A model generated the notes under the pieces. That model saw only the letters and a list, made by a program, of their open reading frames with translations, did no database searches and was not told where the DNA came from. A stretch of DNA of 61,532 nt, filler included. It is 6 parts of 6 records of this genome, joined end to end, with 100 filler letters (N's around TTAATTAATTAA, not from the genome) between each part and the next. Parts side by side here need not be neighbours in the genome. Positions count along the whole stretch, not along the records: positions 1 to 17,461 come from SRR31147125_20206; 5 more parts are not named here. One strand, 5' to 3'. A program made the position numbers and the translations under genes. Positions 1 to 10,590 of this stretch are shown in pieces (the stretch's first letter is position 1; every line of letters begins with the position of its first letter).

Positions 1-267
1 AAAAAATTAATAATCCCCAGGGATATTTCTCTGATAGGCTATACCGACAGTTACTATACACCATATCTTTTATGTTCTTTAACAACAGTGTCACATCCAC
101 TGGAGGAAATGGGTAGAAAAGCGTTCCAACTTTTGCTGAAAAATATGAACTCAAAAGTACCACTGCCATTTTTACAAATTGTTATCAAGACAGAGTTACA
201 CAAAAGAGCGTCGGTTGACAAACCTAAGGGATGCATGAATATAATTTCGAAAGGAGGTGAGTTATAG
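1..267 (+). CDS. LacI-family transcriptional regulator, C-terminal fragment (5' truncated)
   Basis: Frame 1 reads KKLIIPRDISLIGYTD...LTTVSHPLEEMGRKAFQLL...*, the Peripla_BP_3 sugar-binding C-terminus. Not in the ORF track. Confidence 0.85.
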   Translation, partial: KKLIIPRDISLIGYTDSYYTPYLLCSLTTVSHPLEEMGRKAFQLLLKNMNSKVPLPFLQIVIKTELHKRASVDKPKGCMNIISKGGEL

Positions 268-366
268 TTCGGAAGGTAACAGATAGAATGTGCAAAATAG
301 TTGAACATTTTTCATTCGCGCGTATTCTTAACAATTAAAACTTCTACATTTAAGGAGGTAAGCATA

Positions 367-2637
367 ATGAAGAAAGCTGTTTCAATTTTGGTGGCAAGTT
401 TAATGTTGGTCTTTTTGGTATCCGGGCTTGTCGCTCAGGAATGGTCTGGCCCTAAATTTGATGCACGTTTGGGTGATCCTTATGCTCAGGGTTGGATAGC
501 ACATGATTGTAAGCACCTCATGTATGATGATGCTGGTGCCGTCGTGGAAAACGGAGCTGAAGAAGTAGAGCCTTTTGGTTGTGATACTGACAGCCCATTT
601 TTGTCTCCGGAATATATGTCCATACAAAAAGCATATGGCATTGATATTCTTCATGTTGATTATCGTGTTTATGAGCTGCCAACATGGCAAACACTCACCG
701 AGTGTGCTGATGTGAACACGTATAATGGCCAGATGAAAACAGAAGCTCGTGCCCATCATAATTACCGCCAGAGTTTCCGTCAGCCTTTGAATGATGATGA
801 TGATGAGTGGGAGGGCTACACAGTTGTCTGGATGGCCAGATCCGAGGATCTTCCCGGCAGTATTGGTATGCGAGTCAAAGCCTATGCTGGAGTGGCTGCG
901 GATGCTGAGCCAACAGAAGACAAGGTTCTCAGTGGTTTTGAGGCCCGTTATGGTTGTGTCGATCCTGATACAGACGTTTTTGGCCCAAGTAATCTGGTTG
1001 TAAGAGCCAATCCGGATCCGGCCACAGGTCATGATTATGTATCTTCGTTTGAAGAAGGTAATGAAGCCGACAAATGGCATATTTATCGAATTGCTGTCGA
1101 GGTTGGTGATACCTCCACAACGTCCATGTGTAAGGTTTATGTGGATGAGAATCCCGAACCTGTCATTGTTACAGCTGAGGCCAAACCTGAACGCGGAAGA
1201 ATCGGCAATTATATTCAGTTTGGTGTTGGTGGCTGGAATATGCCCAAGGTGGCTTCCATGGCTTTTGTCCTCAGTACAACTGAAGGTGCTTATAGCCCTG
1301 AAGATTTACCATTACCAGATGATTTTCAGGAAATTTATGCCACAGCAACTGCCTTCCAGAGTGGAACTATGGCACAGCCAGAAGGTTGGGAAGGCCCACT
1401 TTACGATGCTCGCTATGGCGATCCCTATTCACAGGGATGGGTACCTCATGATTGTAAACACGAAGACCTGGACGTTGCCACAGGAATGATGAAGGATAAT
1501 GGTGCCGATGCTGTCAAGGGTTTTGGCTGCTATAATGTTGGACATCCTGCCTTATCTCCGGAATATATGTCTGTTCTTGAAGAGGATGGTATCGCTTCGT
1601 TAAAGGTTGACTATCGAGTTTATAGTCTGCCTACCTGGCAATCATTGACCAGCTGTGCTGATTTGAATACCTATAATGGCCAAATGAAAACCGAAGCCCG
1701 GGCTAATCATAATTACCGCCAGAGTTTCCGTCAGGCCTTGAACGATGCTGATGATGAATGGGAAGGATACACCGTAGTCTGGATGGCGAAAGCTGAAGAT
1801 ATTCCGGGCGTTATTGGTATGCGAGTCAAAGCTTATGCTGGAGTGGCTGCCGATGCTGAGCCAACAGAAGCCAAGGTTCTCAGTGGTTTTGAAGCTCGTT
1901 ATGGTTGTGTCGATCCTGATACCGACGTTTTTGGTCCGGACAATATTGTTGTTAGAGCCAATCCTGATCCAGCCACAGGTCATGATTATGTCACCCAATA
2001 TGAAGAGGGTGATGGTAGTGACAGATGGCACATTTATCGAATTGCTGTTGAGGTAGGTGATACGTCCACAACCTCCTTGTGCAAAGTTTACGTCGATGAA
2101 AATCCGGAACCTGTTATTGTCACAGCAGAGGCCAAACCCGAACGTGGACGAATCGGGAATTACATTAGTTTTGGTGTTGGTGGATGGAATATGCCCAAGG
2201 TCGCATCCATGGCTTTTGTTATGACCACAACAGAAGGTGCATGGAGTCCTGAAGATTTGCCGCTGCCGGCAGAATATACACAAATTTTTAATACCGCACG
2301 TACAAATCAGCAAACATCTGTTAAATATACTGTTGAAAAAGAATCTGGTGTGACACCAAAAACATTTGCATTAGAGCAAAACTATCCGAATCCGTTTAAT
2401 CCAACTACAACCATTAAATATAACTTGAAAACAGCAACCAGAGCTTTTGTCGCTATTTTTAATAGCAATGGCCAATTTGTTACCACATTGGTAAACAAGG
2501 CACAGGAAGCTGGTTCTTATAAAGTTGTATGGGATGGAACAGATCTGTATGGACATAAAGTTCCGAGTGGCGTTTATTTCAGTATGTTAAAAACCCCGGA
2601 ATTTTCAAAAACACAAAAGATGACCTTGCTCAAGTAA
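367..2637 (+). CDS. Secreted protein with two tandem ~315-aa domains and a C-terminal FlgD-Ig/T9SS-type sorting domain
   Basis: AAGGAGG SD before ATG 367; Sec signal MKKAVSIL...VAQ; near-identical internal duplication; C-terminal FALEQNYPNPFNPTTTIKY...WDG...VPSGVYF...KMTLLK. Confidence 0.85.
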   Translation: MKKAVSILVASLMLVFLVSGLVAQEWSGPKFDARLGDPYAQGWIAHDCKHLMYDDAGAVVENGAEEVEPFGCDTDSPFLSPEYMSIQKAYGIDILHVDYRVYELPTWQTLTECADVNTYNGQMKTEARAHHNYRQSFRQPLNDDDDEWEGYTVVWMARSEDLPGSIGMRVKAYAGVAADAEPTEDKVLSGFEARYGCVDPDTDVFGPSNLVVRANPDPATGHDYVSSFEEGNEADKWHIYRIAVEVGDTSTTSMCKVYVDENPEPVIVTAEAKPERGRIGNYIQFGVGGWNMPKVASMAFVLSTTEGAYSPEDLPLPDDFQEIYATATAFQSGTMAQPEGWEGPLYDARYGDPYSQGWVPHDCKHEDLDVATGMMKDNGADAVKGFGCYNVGHPALSPEYMSVLEEDGIASLKVDYRVYSLPTWQSLTSCADLNTYNGQMKTEARANHNYRQSFRQALNDADDEWEGYTVVWMAKAEDIPGVIGMRVKAYAGVAADAEPTEAKVLSGFEARYGCVDPDTDVFGPDNIVVRANPDPATGHDYVTQYEEGDGSDRWHIYRIAVEVGDTSTTSLCKVYVDENPEPVIVTAEAKPERGRIGNYISFGVGGWNMPKVASMAFVMTTTEGAWSPEDLPLPAEYTQIFNTARTNQQTSVKYTVEKESGVTPKTFALEQNYPNPFNPTTTIKYNLKTATRAFVAIFNSNGQFVTTLVNKAQEAGSYKVVWDGTDLYGHKVPSGVYFSMLKTPEFSKTQKMTLLK

Positions 2638-2644
2638 GTTTATT

Positions 2645-2680
2645 AACTTCCCGAAAGCATTACGCTTTCGGGAAGTTTTT
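2645..2680 (+). terminator. Rho-independent terminator
   Basis: AACTTCCCGAAAGC-attac-GCTTTCGGGAAGTT followed by T run, right after the stop. Confidence 0.85.
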
Positions 2681-2857
2681 ATATTGAGAGGTCCAACATT
2701 TTAATATTTAGATCAAGAGATATGGGATACTTGCTGAAATAATCAATTTCAAGCACAACAGCACGTATCTGATATCTTTTGTCGTAAAACGAAAAAGAGC
2801 AAAAGAATCAGTTTTATTAATCCAGTTATTAATTCATAATATTCAAGGAGATGATAC

Positions 2858-3568
2858 ATGTTTCGATTTTTTACGGTATGTGTCGTTTTGACGTGCACAA
2901 CCCTGGTGTGTGTCCTGACTACACCAGCCTCCTCGCAACCGGGTTCTGCTACTGACCGGTGGGGTTTGGGACTCACAACGGATTATAGTTTACCGCTATT
3001 CAAATTTGCGGATCGGTATGAAGGAGCACCCAGGATTGCCGGAAAATTTACTTATGAAAAAAACGGATTGATCTATAATATCGGTTATTTTTATAGTAAT
3101 TTTTCCGATGGTAAAATCGAAAAATCAGATTTTCAGTGGAGTTTTGATGGGGAATATTATTCCAGTCCTAACGCCTCTTCGGAGATGAACTTTACAGGTC
3201 TTGTAGCAAGTCTGCAGAAACCCTTACATTTTACTGTAGGCCCCTTTGTCCCGTTTTGGACTGTTGGATCCGGTTTTATTCATTATAAACAGGAAATAAG
3301 AGATCTGGTTTTTCCCGGACAGTCAAGAGAACCTCTGGATTATAATTTTACCTATTCACCCGAACCGGAAAGCCGCACCATCCTTTGTTTGAATTTTGGC
3401 GGCGGACTGCAATACTCTATTAGCCCGAAAATCAATCTGAACCTAAGTGCTAAATATGATATTATTTTTGGTTCATTACATCCTATGGAAGCCTGGCTTT
3501 TAGAAAAAGTATCGCCTCTGCAGTTATTTAATGTTGGTCTTGATATTACTTATTATCTTTCAAACTAA
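2858..3568 (+). CDS. Outer-membrane beta-barrel protein (OMP_b-brl/porin-like)
   Basis: Signal peptide, alternating amphipathic strands, NFGGGLQY, terminal strand VGLDITYY. Confidence 0.65.
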   Translation: MFRFFTVCVVLTCTTLVCVLTTPASSQPGSATDRWGLGLTTDYSLPLFKFADRYEGAPRIAGKFTYEKNGLIYNIGYFYSNFSDGKIEKSDFQWSFDGEYYSSPNASSEMNFTGLVASLQKPLHFTVGPFVPFWTVGSGFIHYKQEIRDLVFPGQSREPLDYNFTYSPEPESRTILCLNFGGGLQYSISPKINLNLSAKYDIIFGSLHPMEAWLLEKVSPLQLFNVGLDITYYLSN

Positions 3569-3588
3569 AATTGGCAATCGGAGGGTTT

Positions 3589-6500
3589 ATGAAAGTGCGC
3601 TTTAAAATTTTTCCCGGGAAAATAATATGGGTTTTTCTGTCCCTTATTATTTTATCCCTGTTATCAATACAAGTCGCGTTCGGAGCTATTACAGGGAAAA
3701 TAAGCGGTAAAATTACAGATAATGAAGGTAATGCTTTACCTGGTGCTAATGTTATTATTGACGGTACGCAACGTGGAGCTGCCACTGATGTGGATGGGAA
3801 TTATATTATTCTGAGTGTTACACCAGGTACATATTCTGTGAGTGCCACAATGATGGGTTTTCAGAAACTTGTGCAAACAGAAGTTCTTGTCCAGTCCGGT
3901 CGAACAACAGGATTGAATTTTGCTCTGGAAACCACTGTACTTGCCGGTGAGGCCGTTGTTATCAAGGCTGAGCGACCGGTCATCGAAGTGGATCGAACGT
4001 CAACGGAATTTATTGTTAGCTCAAAAGAGATAGCCAATACACCCATCATCGGCAGTGTTGAGGGTCTGATGCGTTTCATGCCTGGCGTGGGTCTGGATGG
4101 CGGAAATAGAATGGTCATCCGTGGTGGTGATAATACGGACGTAGATATGTATTATGATGGTATTCCGATGGATGGTTATCGGGATATTAATATTTTTTCA
4201 ATCGAAGAAGCATCCATTACCACTGGTGGTGTCGGTGTGGAATATGGAAATGCGCAGGGAGGCATCATCAACGTCGTGACAAAGGATGGTGATGATAAAT
4301 TACATGGTACGATAGAATATGGCCTCTCACCTGGTCAAAAAAATCATTGGGGCGCAAATTATTGGGATGATGCCTACCATTTGGATGATCAAGGCAATTC
4401 ACGTTTGCATTGGGATGATCCGGAGTGGGCTAATGAGGTGGATCCTGTGACTGGTAGAAAGGTACATGAAAAAATAGAGTACACCGATATCTGGAGCCAG
4501 AGTGTTAAAATGGCTTTGGCAGGACCACTTTTACTCAAAAATCTCTATTTTTCATTGGGAACCCAATTTAGTCAGGGATCTGCCGGTCCTATGGCTGTAA
4601 CAAAATATTCCTTACCTTATACACGTAATAACTGGAAAGTCACATATAAAGCCAGACCCAACCTGACATTTCAAACAGGTGGATTTTATAACTGGAGCAA
4701 AGGATATAATAGCGGCAGCAACACAGGATCCGGTGTTAGTTTTACAACCGGTGGTCTTGGAAGCCAGGAGATCGATGGAGCTATTCGTGGAATGCGAATT
4801 GGTGACGCCGGTGCATATACCGATGACAGAAATATCTTTTTACCTCTTGACTATTCAGCAGGCGGAACACATACAAGCCAGGACTATCTGACCTATTTAA
4901 GTATGGTTCATATGATAAATCCGTCTACTTTTTATGATTTAAAGATCTACCGTTTTGAAACCAGCCAGAATAACCAAAATGTTCCGGATAGCGTTGTAAC
5001 GACAGCCCGAACAGACCAATCTGGTTGGTATTATATTGATGGTGGCCAGGGTATCCGTTATACAGATGCCAATACGACTCGTACCGGCGCCAAACTGGAT
5101 ATAAACAGCCAGATAACGAATAATCACCTGGTAAAACTTGGGGTCGATTATCAAAAATACAATATCTGGCAAACATCTTATACTCATATGAGTACGGAAC
5201 GCTCCCTGAAACGTATTTGTGATAATTTTGAAACCGGAAAAGGCGTGACTCCAACAAAATTTGCCGCTTACCTGTCTGATAAAATGGAGTTTGGTGGTTT
5301 GGTTGTCAATCTTGGTGGGCGATTTGATTACTATGACTTTGGTGCTACTTTTCCAGTGACCTATGCTCTTTCTAATTTATCCCGCGCTTATAACTCTTTT
5401 ACAAGATTTAACGAATTACCGGATGATTTATGGATCAAACCTGATCCACTGACGGCCCTGAGTCCCCGTCTGGGTCTCTCCCATCCTATTTCGGAAAAAG
5501 CCACTATTCACTTTTATTATGGTCATCTATATCAGTTACCCAGTTTTTATACCATTTACCATGATGAATGGGTGGCGAAAAATCCTAAAAATGAGGATAA
5601 GGACAATAATAAAAATGGTATTGTTGATGAGGCGGAATTATACAATCGGTTGAATGATACCAGCAACAGACTGCATGCCGGCAATTCGACACTTGATTAT
5701 GAAAAGACAACCACCTTTGAAATGGGAGTGGATTGGAATTTTTATGAAGATTATATCCTGACCATGACCACTTATTACAAGAGTGCGGAGAATCAGATAA
5801 AGGGTGGAGCTACCCAACAGTTCTGGGATCCGGCTAGAACTTCTACGGCACCTTACGTACGTGTTAATACCAATACACAATATGAAGATGCCAAGGGTTT
5901 TGAGTTTTTAATCAAAAAACGTTTCAACCAACTCTTTTCTTTTCAGGCAACTTTTAATCTTGGCTGGGCTACAGAGGGATCCTCTGGTGAACGTGTGCGA
6001 ACCTATGTTCCGAATAGCACCTGGGTTGAGAATTACTATTTTGAAAAATATACAACTGACACCAATGGTGATGGTAGCAAGGATGAATTTGATTCCGGAG
6101 CCGAGATTCCGGTACCTTTGACAGAATCGGCAATGGAACGAAAAATGAAGGCTGCAGACGATTATATCGCGCTTTTACGTGAACAGGGAGCCACTCTGCA
6201 CGACGTAGAGGATGTTGAAGGACTCTATTACGTAAGCACTCATTATTCTTCAGTAGGTCATCCCAGAGCCAATATTTCACGCAGAACCAGTTTTAATTTA
6301 ATCCTGTATCTTGATTTACCATCTGATTTTGGTCCGGGTATTCTTGGTTTTAAACCTCTTGCCGATATTCATGCAAATCTGCTCTATAGACATCAGGAGG
6401 GATTGCCCTTCCAATATGCGAGCATAGATGGTAAAGCTTTATGGCGCAGTGCTCCCATGAACAGCACAGCCAATCTTCGTCTGGAAAAAAGTTTTCAATA

Positions 6501-6735
6501 TGCAGGTATGAATAATACCTTTTTTCTGACTATAAATAATTTGTTTAATCAAAAAGACCTTAATAATTCCGGTAGTTTTGATAGTATCGTCAGCTTGCGG
6601 GATTACGTCAGTTATGGTTTGGAAGGTTATTCACCGCTTCAGGATTACGAATTCGATTTTAGAGGTTTAACGGATGGTGGTATCTATTTGGGTTCCCCGC
6701 GCAGTTATAGCTTTGGTGTTCGTGTCAGTTTCTAA
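3589..6735 (+). CDS. TonB-dependent receptor with N-terminal carboxypeptidase-regulatory-like domain
   Basis: GGAGG SD; TGKISGKITD...LPGANV...GAATDVDGNY; plug IRGG...YGNAQGGIINVVTK; C-terminal PRSYSFGVRVSF. Confidence 0.92.
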   Translation: MKVRFKIFPGKIIWVFLSLIILSLLSIQVAFGAITGKISGKITDNEGNALPGANVIIDGTQRGAATDVDGNYIILSVTPGTYSVSATMMGFQKLVQTEVLVQSGRTTGLNFALETTVLAGEAVVIKAERPVIEVDRTSTEFIVSSKEIANTPIIGSVEGLMRFMPGVGLDGGNRMVIRGGDNTDVDMYYDGIPMDGYRDINIFSIEEASITTGGVGVEYGNAQGGIINVVTKDGDDKLHGTIEYGLSPGQKNHWGANYWDDAYHLDDQGNSRLHWDDPEWANEVDPVTGRKVHEKIEYTDIWSQSVKMALAGPLLLKNLYFSLGTQFSQGSAGPMAVTKYSLPYTRNNWKVTYKARPNLTFQTGGFYNWSKGYNSGSNTGSGVSFTTGGLGSQEIDGAIRGMRIGDAGAYTDDRNIFLPLDYSAGGTHTSQDYLTYLSMVHMINPSTFYDLKIYRFETSQNNQNVPDSVVTTARTDQSGWYYIDGGQGIRYTDANTTRTGAKLDINSQITNNHLVKLGVDYQKYNIWQTSYTHMSTERSLKRICDNFETGKGVTPTKFAAYLSDKMEFGGLVVNLGGRFDYYDFGATFPVTYALSNLSRAYNSFTRFNELPDDLWIKPDPLTALSPRLGLSHPISEKATIHFYYGHLYQLPSFYTIYHDEWVAKNPKNEDKDNNKNGIVDEAELYNRLNDTSNRLHAGNSTLDYEKTTTFEMGVDWNFYEDYILTMTTYYKSAENQIKGGATQQFWDPARTSTAPYVRVNTNTQYEDAKGFEFLIKKRFNQLFSFQATFNLGWATEGSSGERVRTYVPNSTWVENYYFEKYTTDTNGDGSKDEFDSGAEIPVPLTESAMERKMKAADDYIALLREQGATLHDVEDVEGLYYVSTHYSSVGHPRANISRRTSFNLILYLDLPSDFGPGILGFKPLADIHANLLYRHQEGLPFQYASIDGKALWRSAPMNSTANLRLEKSFQYAGMNNTFFLTINNLFNQKDLNNSGSFDSIVSLRDYVSYGLEGYSPLQDYEFDFRGLTDGGIYLGSPRSYSFGVRVSF

Positions 6736-6892
6736 CCGGAAGAGTAAACGGTTTTTATGAATTTTAAAACATTTTTACTAACGTTGTCTAGACGGTTTTA
6801 CAGATGGTATCCATTTAAGAATCTAGAAGAGACAACCTTTTTGTAAATAATTATGAATTTAGATACTACGATTTATCATTGGAGGTTTTATT

Positions 6893-9406
6893 ATGGTGGT
6901 TTGTAAGTGGAGTTACTGGAAACTACCAATCCTTATTGTGTTTATTATAATGAGTTTTGGTTTCCAGGCTCAGGCTCAATGGGATAATTCAATCCCACGA
7001 TTTCTGACTCGCAGTAAATTATGGGCGACATATCGTATGACCGGATTGCAGGGCCAGCAAGGCGTTGGGGAATCTTCGGCTAATGATCTTGCAGGCTTGA
7101 GCTATCCCGGTAGCAGTATTAGAACTGGTGAATTTATTGAATACTGGAATGCAAGTATTGTGAATCAATCTTCAGGTGGCGGTGGAGCCGGTGCAATGTC
7201 GCCAAATGCTGCCAGAAATGAGAATTCTCATGGCGAAGGAACCTATATTATTGCCAAAGCCGGCGATAGCAAATTTGTTTCCTATTCCGGTCCACGTGAT
7301 ATTTCTCCTGATGTGGTTAAAATGGGTTATGATCCGGCTACTGGACCAGAAGCGGATCTGGGTGTCGATGACAATAAATCGACTTATTGGCCTGGGGCCG
7401 CTATTGACGATCCGGATGAGCCAATAGAAATTCATAACTACCAGTATCATAAATATATCGGACGTGATAACGAGGCGGAAGAAATTATCATTGTTCGCTG
7501 GACGACCGGCATGGGTATCACTGCCACCAAAAAGGCCAAGGCCTGGAGTTATCAGAAATATGACGATTTTATCATTGTTGAAAATATTTTTGAATATACC
7601 GGAGATTCCAATGGTGATGGTGTGGTAACTGAGGCTGATGTATTCGGTACGGATCTGCCTGAATTATCCGGTGTCTATTTTTCATTTCCAACCATGTTTT
7701 CAAGTTCTCTTCAGGGTGAAACCTGGGGTGAAGCGCCATATATGAGCTGGAGCGATTGGCGGCATAATCCGCTGTCTGCTCAGGATGAACATTATAAATA
7801 TAGTGATTCTCCCGGTTTTCAGGCATTGCTCCCTGAAGATACACCGAATTATATAGGAAAAAAACTGAGTTATGGCTGGGATGGTGATGATCCTACTAAT
7901 GACTATAACGATGCGGGTGAACCCTATGTTGAAAGATATGTACAGCGAAATACGGGTAATGAACAGCAAGGACAAAGTGAAACGCAAATGCTGTCCTTTG
8001 CTTTTCTCGGTTTAGCTCCTTTAGATTATGATCCTACAGATGGCTTTGCCAATGATAATGATACTTATGTTGCTCCGGAAACCATGGATCAGCCATCCAT
8101 TTGCAAGTGGTGGCCTTACAAACGTCTTAGTAATAAACCACTTGAGCCGCATTTGCTCTCATTTACAGCTGATGAAATCTATGACATGATCACCACGGTT
8201 GATCCGGCCAATGGTGATCCGGCTGTTTATGCGGATCCACCTCGTCCGGAAGATTTGTCAGATGTGGGGACTTATATTCCCTTTCAGACCTACGGTCCCT
8301 ATAACTTGCAACCAGGTGATAAGGTAAAAATAGTTATTGTCTATGTTGCGGGTTCTGCCGCTGATTATTTGGCAAATGAGGGAGTCTATGATCCCAGAAC
8401 TGGCCCGGAAAATGAGTGGGCACGATCGCTGCGTCCCGGTAAAATGAAAGAATACGAGTTTGGCGAAAGATCCATATTCCATAATTTATCTCTTGCCCAG
8501 GAAATATATGATCTGGATTATGATGTGCCTGACGCACCCCCTGATGTGCTTATTCAAGATGTCAAACCTAATAAAAATGGTCATTTGCAGGTATTTTGGG
8601 ATGATGAGATCCTTGATGCTGAAGATCCGGATTATGTTGGTGAGGAGGCTAGGGATGTGGCTGGTTTTCGGGTTTACCAGATACTTGTAGGTGGTGCCGC
8701 GGAAAAAGCTGATCCCGCTGAACCGAGAACAGATGACAAGTTGAGCGCTAACTGGCACAATGGTCCTTATAAAATGGTTGATGAGATTGAAAGAGGGCAG
8801 CTCAAGAGTGATTTGGGATTGATTGAGTATGATCCTGAGAAACATCAATATACATTTACAGATCCGACCACAAAGGTTGGCAAGTTTCAATATTTTTACA
8901 GTCTGAGATCCTTTGATACAGGTCATTCTGACTGGAATGGCACCGGACAGGCTATTCCTTCTCTGGAAAGTGGTTTTGCGGCTCCGGAGCAAAAAATGAT
9001 GATTTCAAAGGAAGCCTCAAATCTACCCAGTGAGTCTCTTGACAAGCTGCAGGAAACAGTTCGTGTGGTACCGAATCCTTATAAAACAGATGGAATTCAT
9101 GAATATAATTTATCCAATGCAATCAAATTTTTCAATATTCCACAGAAATGTGTCATCCGTATTTTTTCGGTAAGTGGTGAACTCGTTGCAGAGGTCGAGC
9201 ATGATAAACCAGAGCCGATCGGTGAATGGGGTCAACAAACGGTTAAATTTGCCGGTGATGTGGCACCTGGAATTTATTTCTGGGTAGTCGAGTCGAAAGT
9301 AAACGATTCCTTCAGTTATGTTTCCGCGGAAGGAGATACGTTAGCTCCCGTCGCTGTAAACAGTCAGGGCAAAATTCAAAAAGGAACCTTGTTGATTATT
9401 CGATAA
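6893..9406 (+). CDS. Large secreted TBDR-associated protein with Fn3-like region and C-terminal T9SS-like domain
   Basis: Signal ending AQA; DVPDAPP...GFRVY...Y.FTD...YFYSLRSFD; VRVVPNPY...IKFFNIPQKCVIRIFSVSGELV...APGIYFWVV...GTLLIIR. Confidence 0.75.
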   Translation: MVVCKWSYWKLPILIVFIIMSFGFQAQAQWDNSIPRFLTRSKLWATYRMTGLQGQQGVGESSANDLAGLSYPGSSIRTGEFIEYWNASIVNQSSGGGGAGAMSPNAARNENSHGEGTYIIAKAGDSKFVSYSGPRDISPDVVKMGYDPATGPEADLGVDDNKSTYWPGAAIDDPDEPIEIHNYQYHKYIGRDNEAEEIIIVRWTTGMGITATKKAKAWSYQKYDDFIIVENIFEYTGDSNGDGVVTEADVFGTDLPELSGVYFSFPTMFSSSLQGETWGEAPYMSWSDWRHNPLSAQDEHYKYSDSPGFQALLPEDTPNYIGKKLSYGWDGDDPTNDYNDAGEPYVERYVQRNTGNEQQGQSETQMLSFAFLGLAPLDYDPTDGFANDNDTYVAPETMDQPSICKWWPYKRLSNKPLEPHLLSFTADEIYDMITTVDPANGDPAVYADPPRPEDLSDVGTYIPFQTYGPYNLQPGDKVKIVIVYVAGSAADYLANEGVYDPRTGPENEWARSLRPGKMKEYEFGERSIFHNLSLAQEIYDLDYDVPDAPPDVLIQDVKPNKNGHLQVFWDDEILDAEDPDYVGEEARDVAGFRVYQILVGGAAEKADPAEPRTDDKLSANWHNGPYKMVDEIERGQLKSDLGLIEYDPEKHQYTFTDPTTKVGKFQYFYSLRSFDTGHSDWNGTGQAIPSLESGFAAPEQKMMISKEASNLPSESLDKLQETVRVVPNPYKTDGIHEYNLSNAIKFFNIPQKCVIRIFSVSGELVAEVEHDKPEPIGEWGQQTVKFAGDVAPGIYFWVVESKVNDSFSYVSAEGDTLAPVAVNSQGKIQKGTLLIIR

Positions 9407-9442
9407 AACACATTTCAGTCTTTTATATTAAGGAGAAATCGT

Positions 9443-10414
9443 ATGTTTAAGAAATATACCATCGCGATTTTGGTTATTGTTTTTTCAGCCTGCCCGACTT
9501 TTTTATGGGCACAGGGGGAAGAAGCCTTTACGGACTTTAATCGCGCCGGAAAGACGATATATAACTTTTTACGCGTTGAGCAGGGTGCACGACCGGTTGC
9601 TCTCGGAGGTGCTTTTACTGCCATCGCGGATGATATTAATTCTATATTTTATAATCCAGCAGGCCTTGTTCATGTTGAATCCACGGAGTATATGTTTTCC
9701 TATGCGGATTGGTTGGTAGATTCAAAGTTCTTTTCAGGAGCTTTCGCCTACAGATCGAATTTTGGTACATTTGGTGTAAGTTTCGTCCATTTTGGTATTA
9801 ATGAATTTGAAGAAACCACACCTTTACAACCTGAAGGTACCGGAAGAATGGTTGGAGCAGGAGATCTTGCTCTTGGCCTGGCATACAGCCGTGAAATTAC
9901 AGACAAATTGTCTCTTGGTGGCCATGTGCGATACATTCAGGAAACACTGGATGAGGACACCCGAAGTTCTGTGGCTTTTGATATCGGCACTTTTTACAAT
10001 ATCGGTTTTCGCAACCTCAAGCTGGGTGTGACTTTAAGAAATCTCGGCCCGGATCAGGCTGTCAGTAAAGTGACCTTGTCTGAATCCTTTCCAATGCCGA
10101 TTGATTTTAATGTCACTCTGGCATCGGACATTCTTGGTAGTCGGGGAGGTGATTACTGTCTGACTGTGGCTGTGGAGAATGGTTTTACCATTGATCTTGG
10201 TGATCGCTATCGTGCCGGAGCTGAACTCTGGTTGGCCAATATTATTGCCATTCGCGGTGGTTATCGTTTTAATTACAGTAACCAGGATTTTTCATTAGGT
10301 GCTGGAGTAGCTCCTGTTTTTATGGGTAAAAAAATCAATATTGATGTTGCATATACCCATTTTAATGATTATTTTGATGCTCCCATCCGTATTTCTCTTG
10401 GTGGAGCTTTATGA
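9443..10414 (+). CDS. PorV/PorQ-family (UPF0164-like) outer-membrane barrel
   Basis: FLRVEQGARPVALGGAFTAIADDINSIFYNPAGL motif; C-terminal RISLG strand. Confidence 0.85.
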   Translation: MFKKYTIAILVIVFSACPTFLWAQGEEAFTDFNRAGKTIYNFLRVEQGARPVALGGAFTAIADDINSIFYNPAGLVHVESTEYMFSYADWLVDSKFFSGAFAYRSNFGTFGVSFVHFGINEFEETTPLQPEGTGRMVGAGDLALGLAYSREITDKLSLGGHVRYIQETLDEDTRSSVAFDIGTFYNIGFRNLKLGVTLRNLGPDQAVSKVTLSESFPMPIDFNVTLASDILGSRGGDYCLTVAVENGFTIDLGDRYRAGAELWLANIIAIRGGYRFNYSNQDFSLGAGVAPVFMGKKINIDVAYTHFNDYFDAPIRISLGGAL

Positions 10415-10504
10415 TTTAAATGATATACTTCTTTATTCCTCTGTTTTGGCCTGAATCAAGACAGAAATTATTTTTCTGCAAATATTATTAAAAAATAATG
10501 TGTT

Positions 10505-10550
10505 GACGCCTCCTGAAAAAACGGTTTCAGGAGGCGTCTATAATTTTATT
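10505..10550 (+). terminator. Stem-loop / terminator after the porV-like gene
   Basis: GACGCCTCCTGAAA-aaacgg-TTTCAGGAGGCGTC, 14-bp stem, then T-rich tract. Confidence 0.7.
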
Positions 10551-10590
10551 TATTTGGGACCAATTTTGCCCAAAATAAAGACTTTTATTT

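Noticed and set aside
400-2313. Long antisense ORFs 400-1080 and 1642-2313 that resemble each other
   Set aside because: They are shadows of the duplicated domain on the plus strand and have no independent coding signals.
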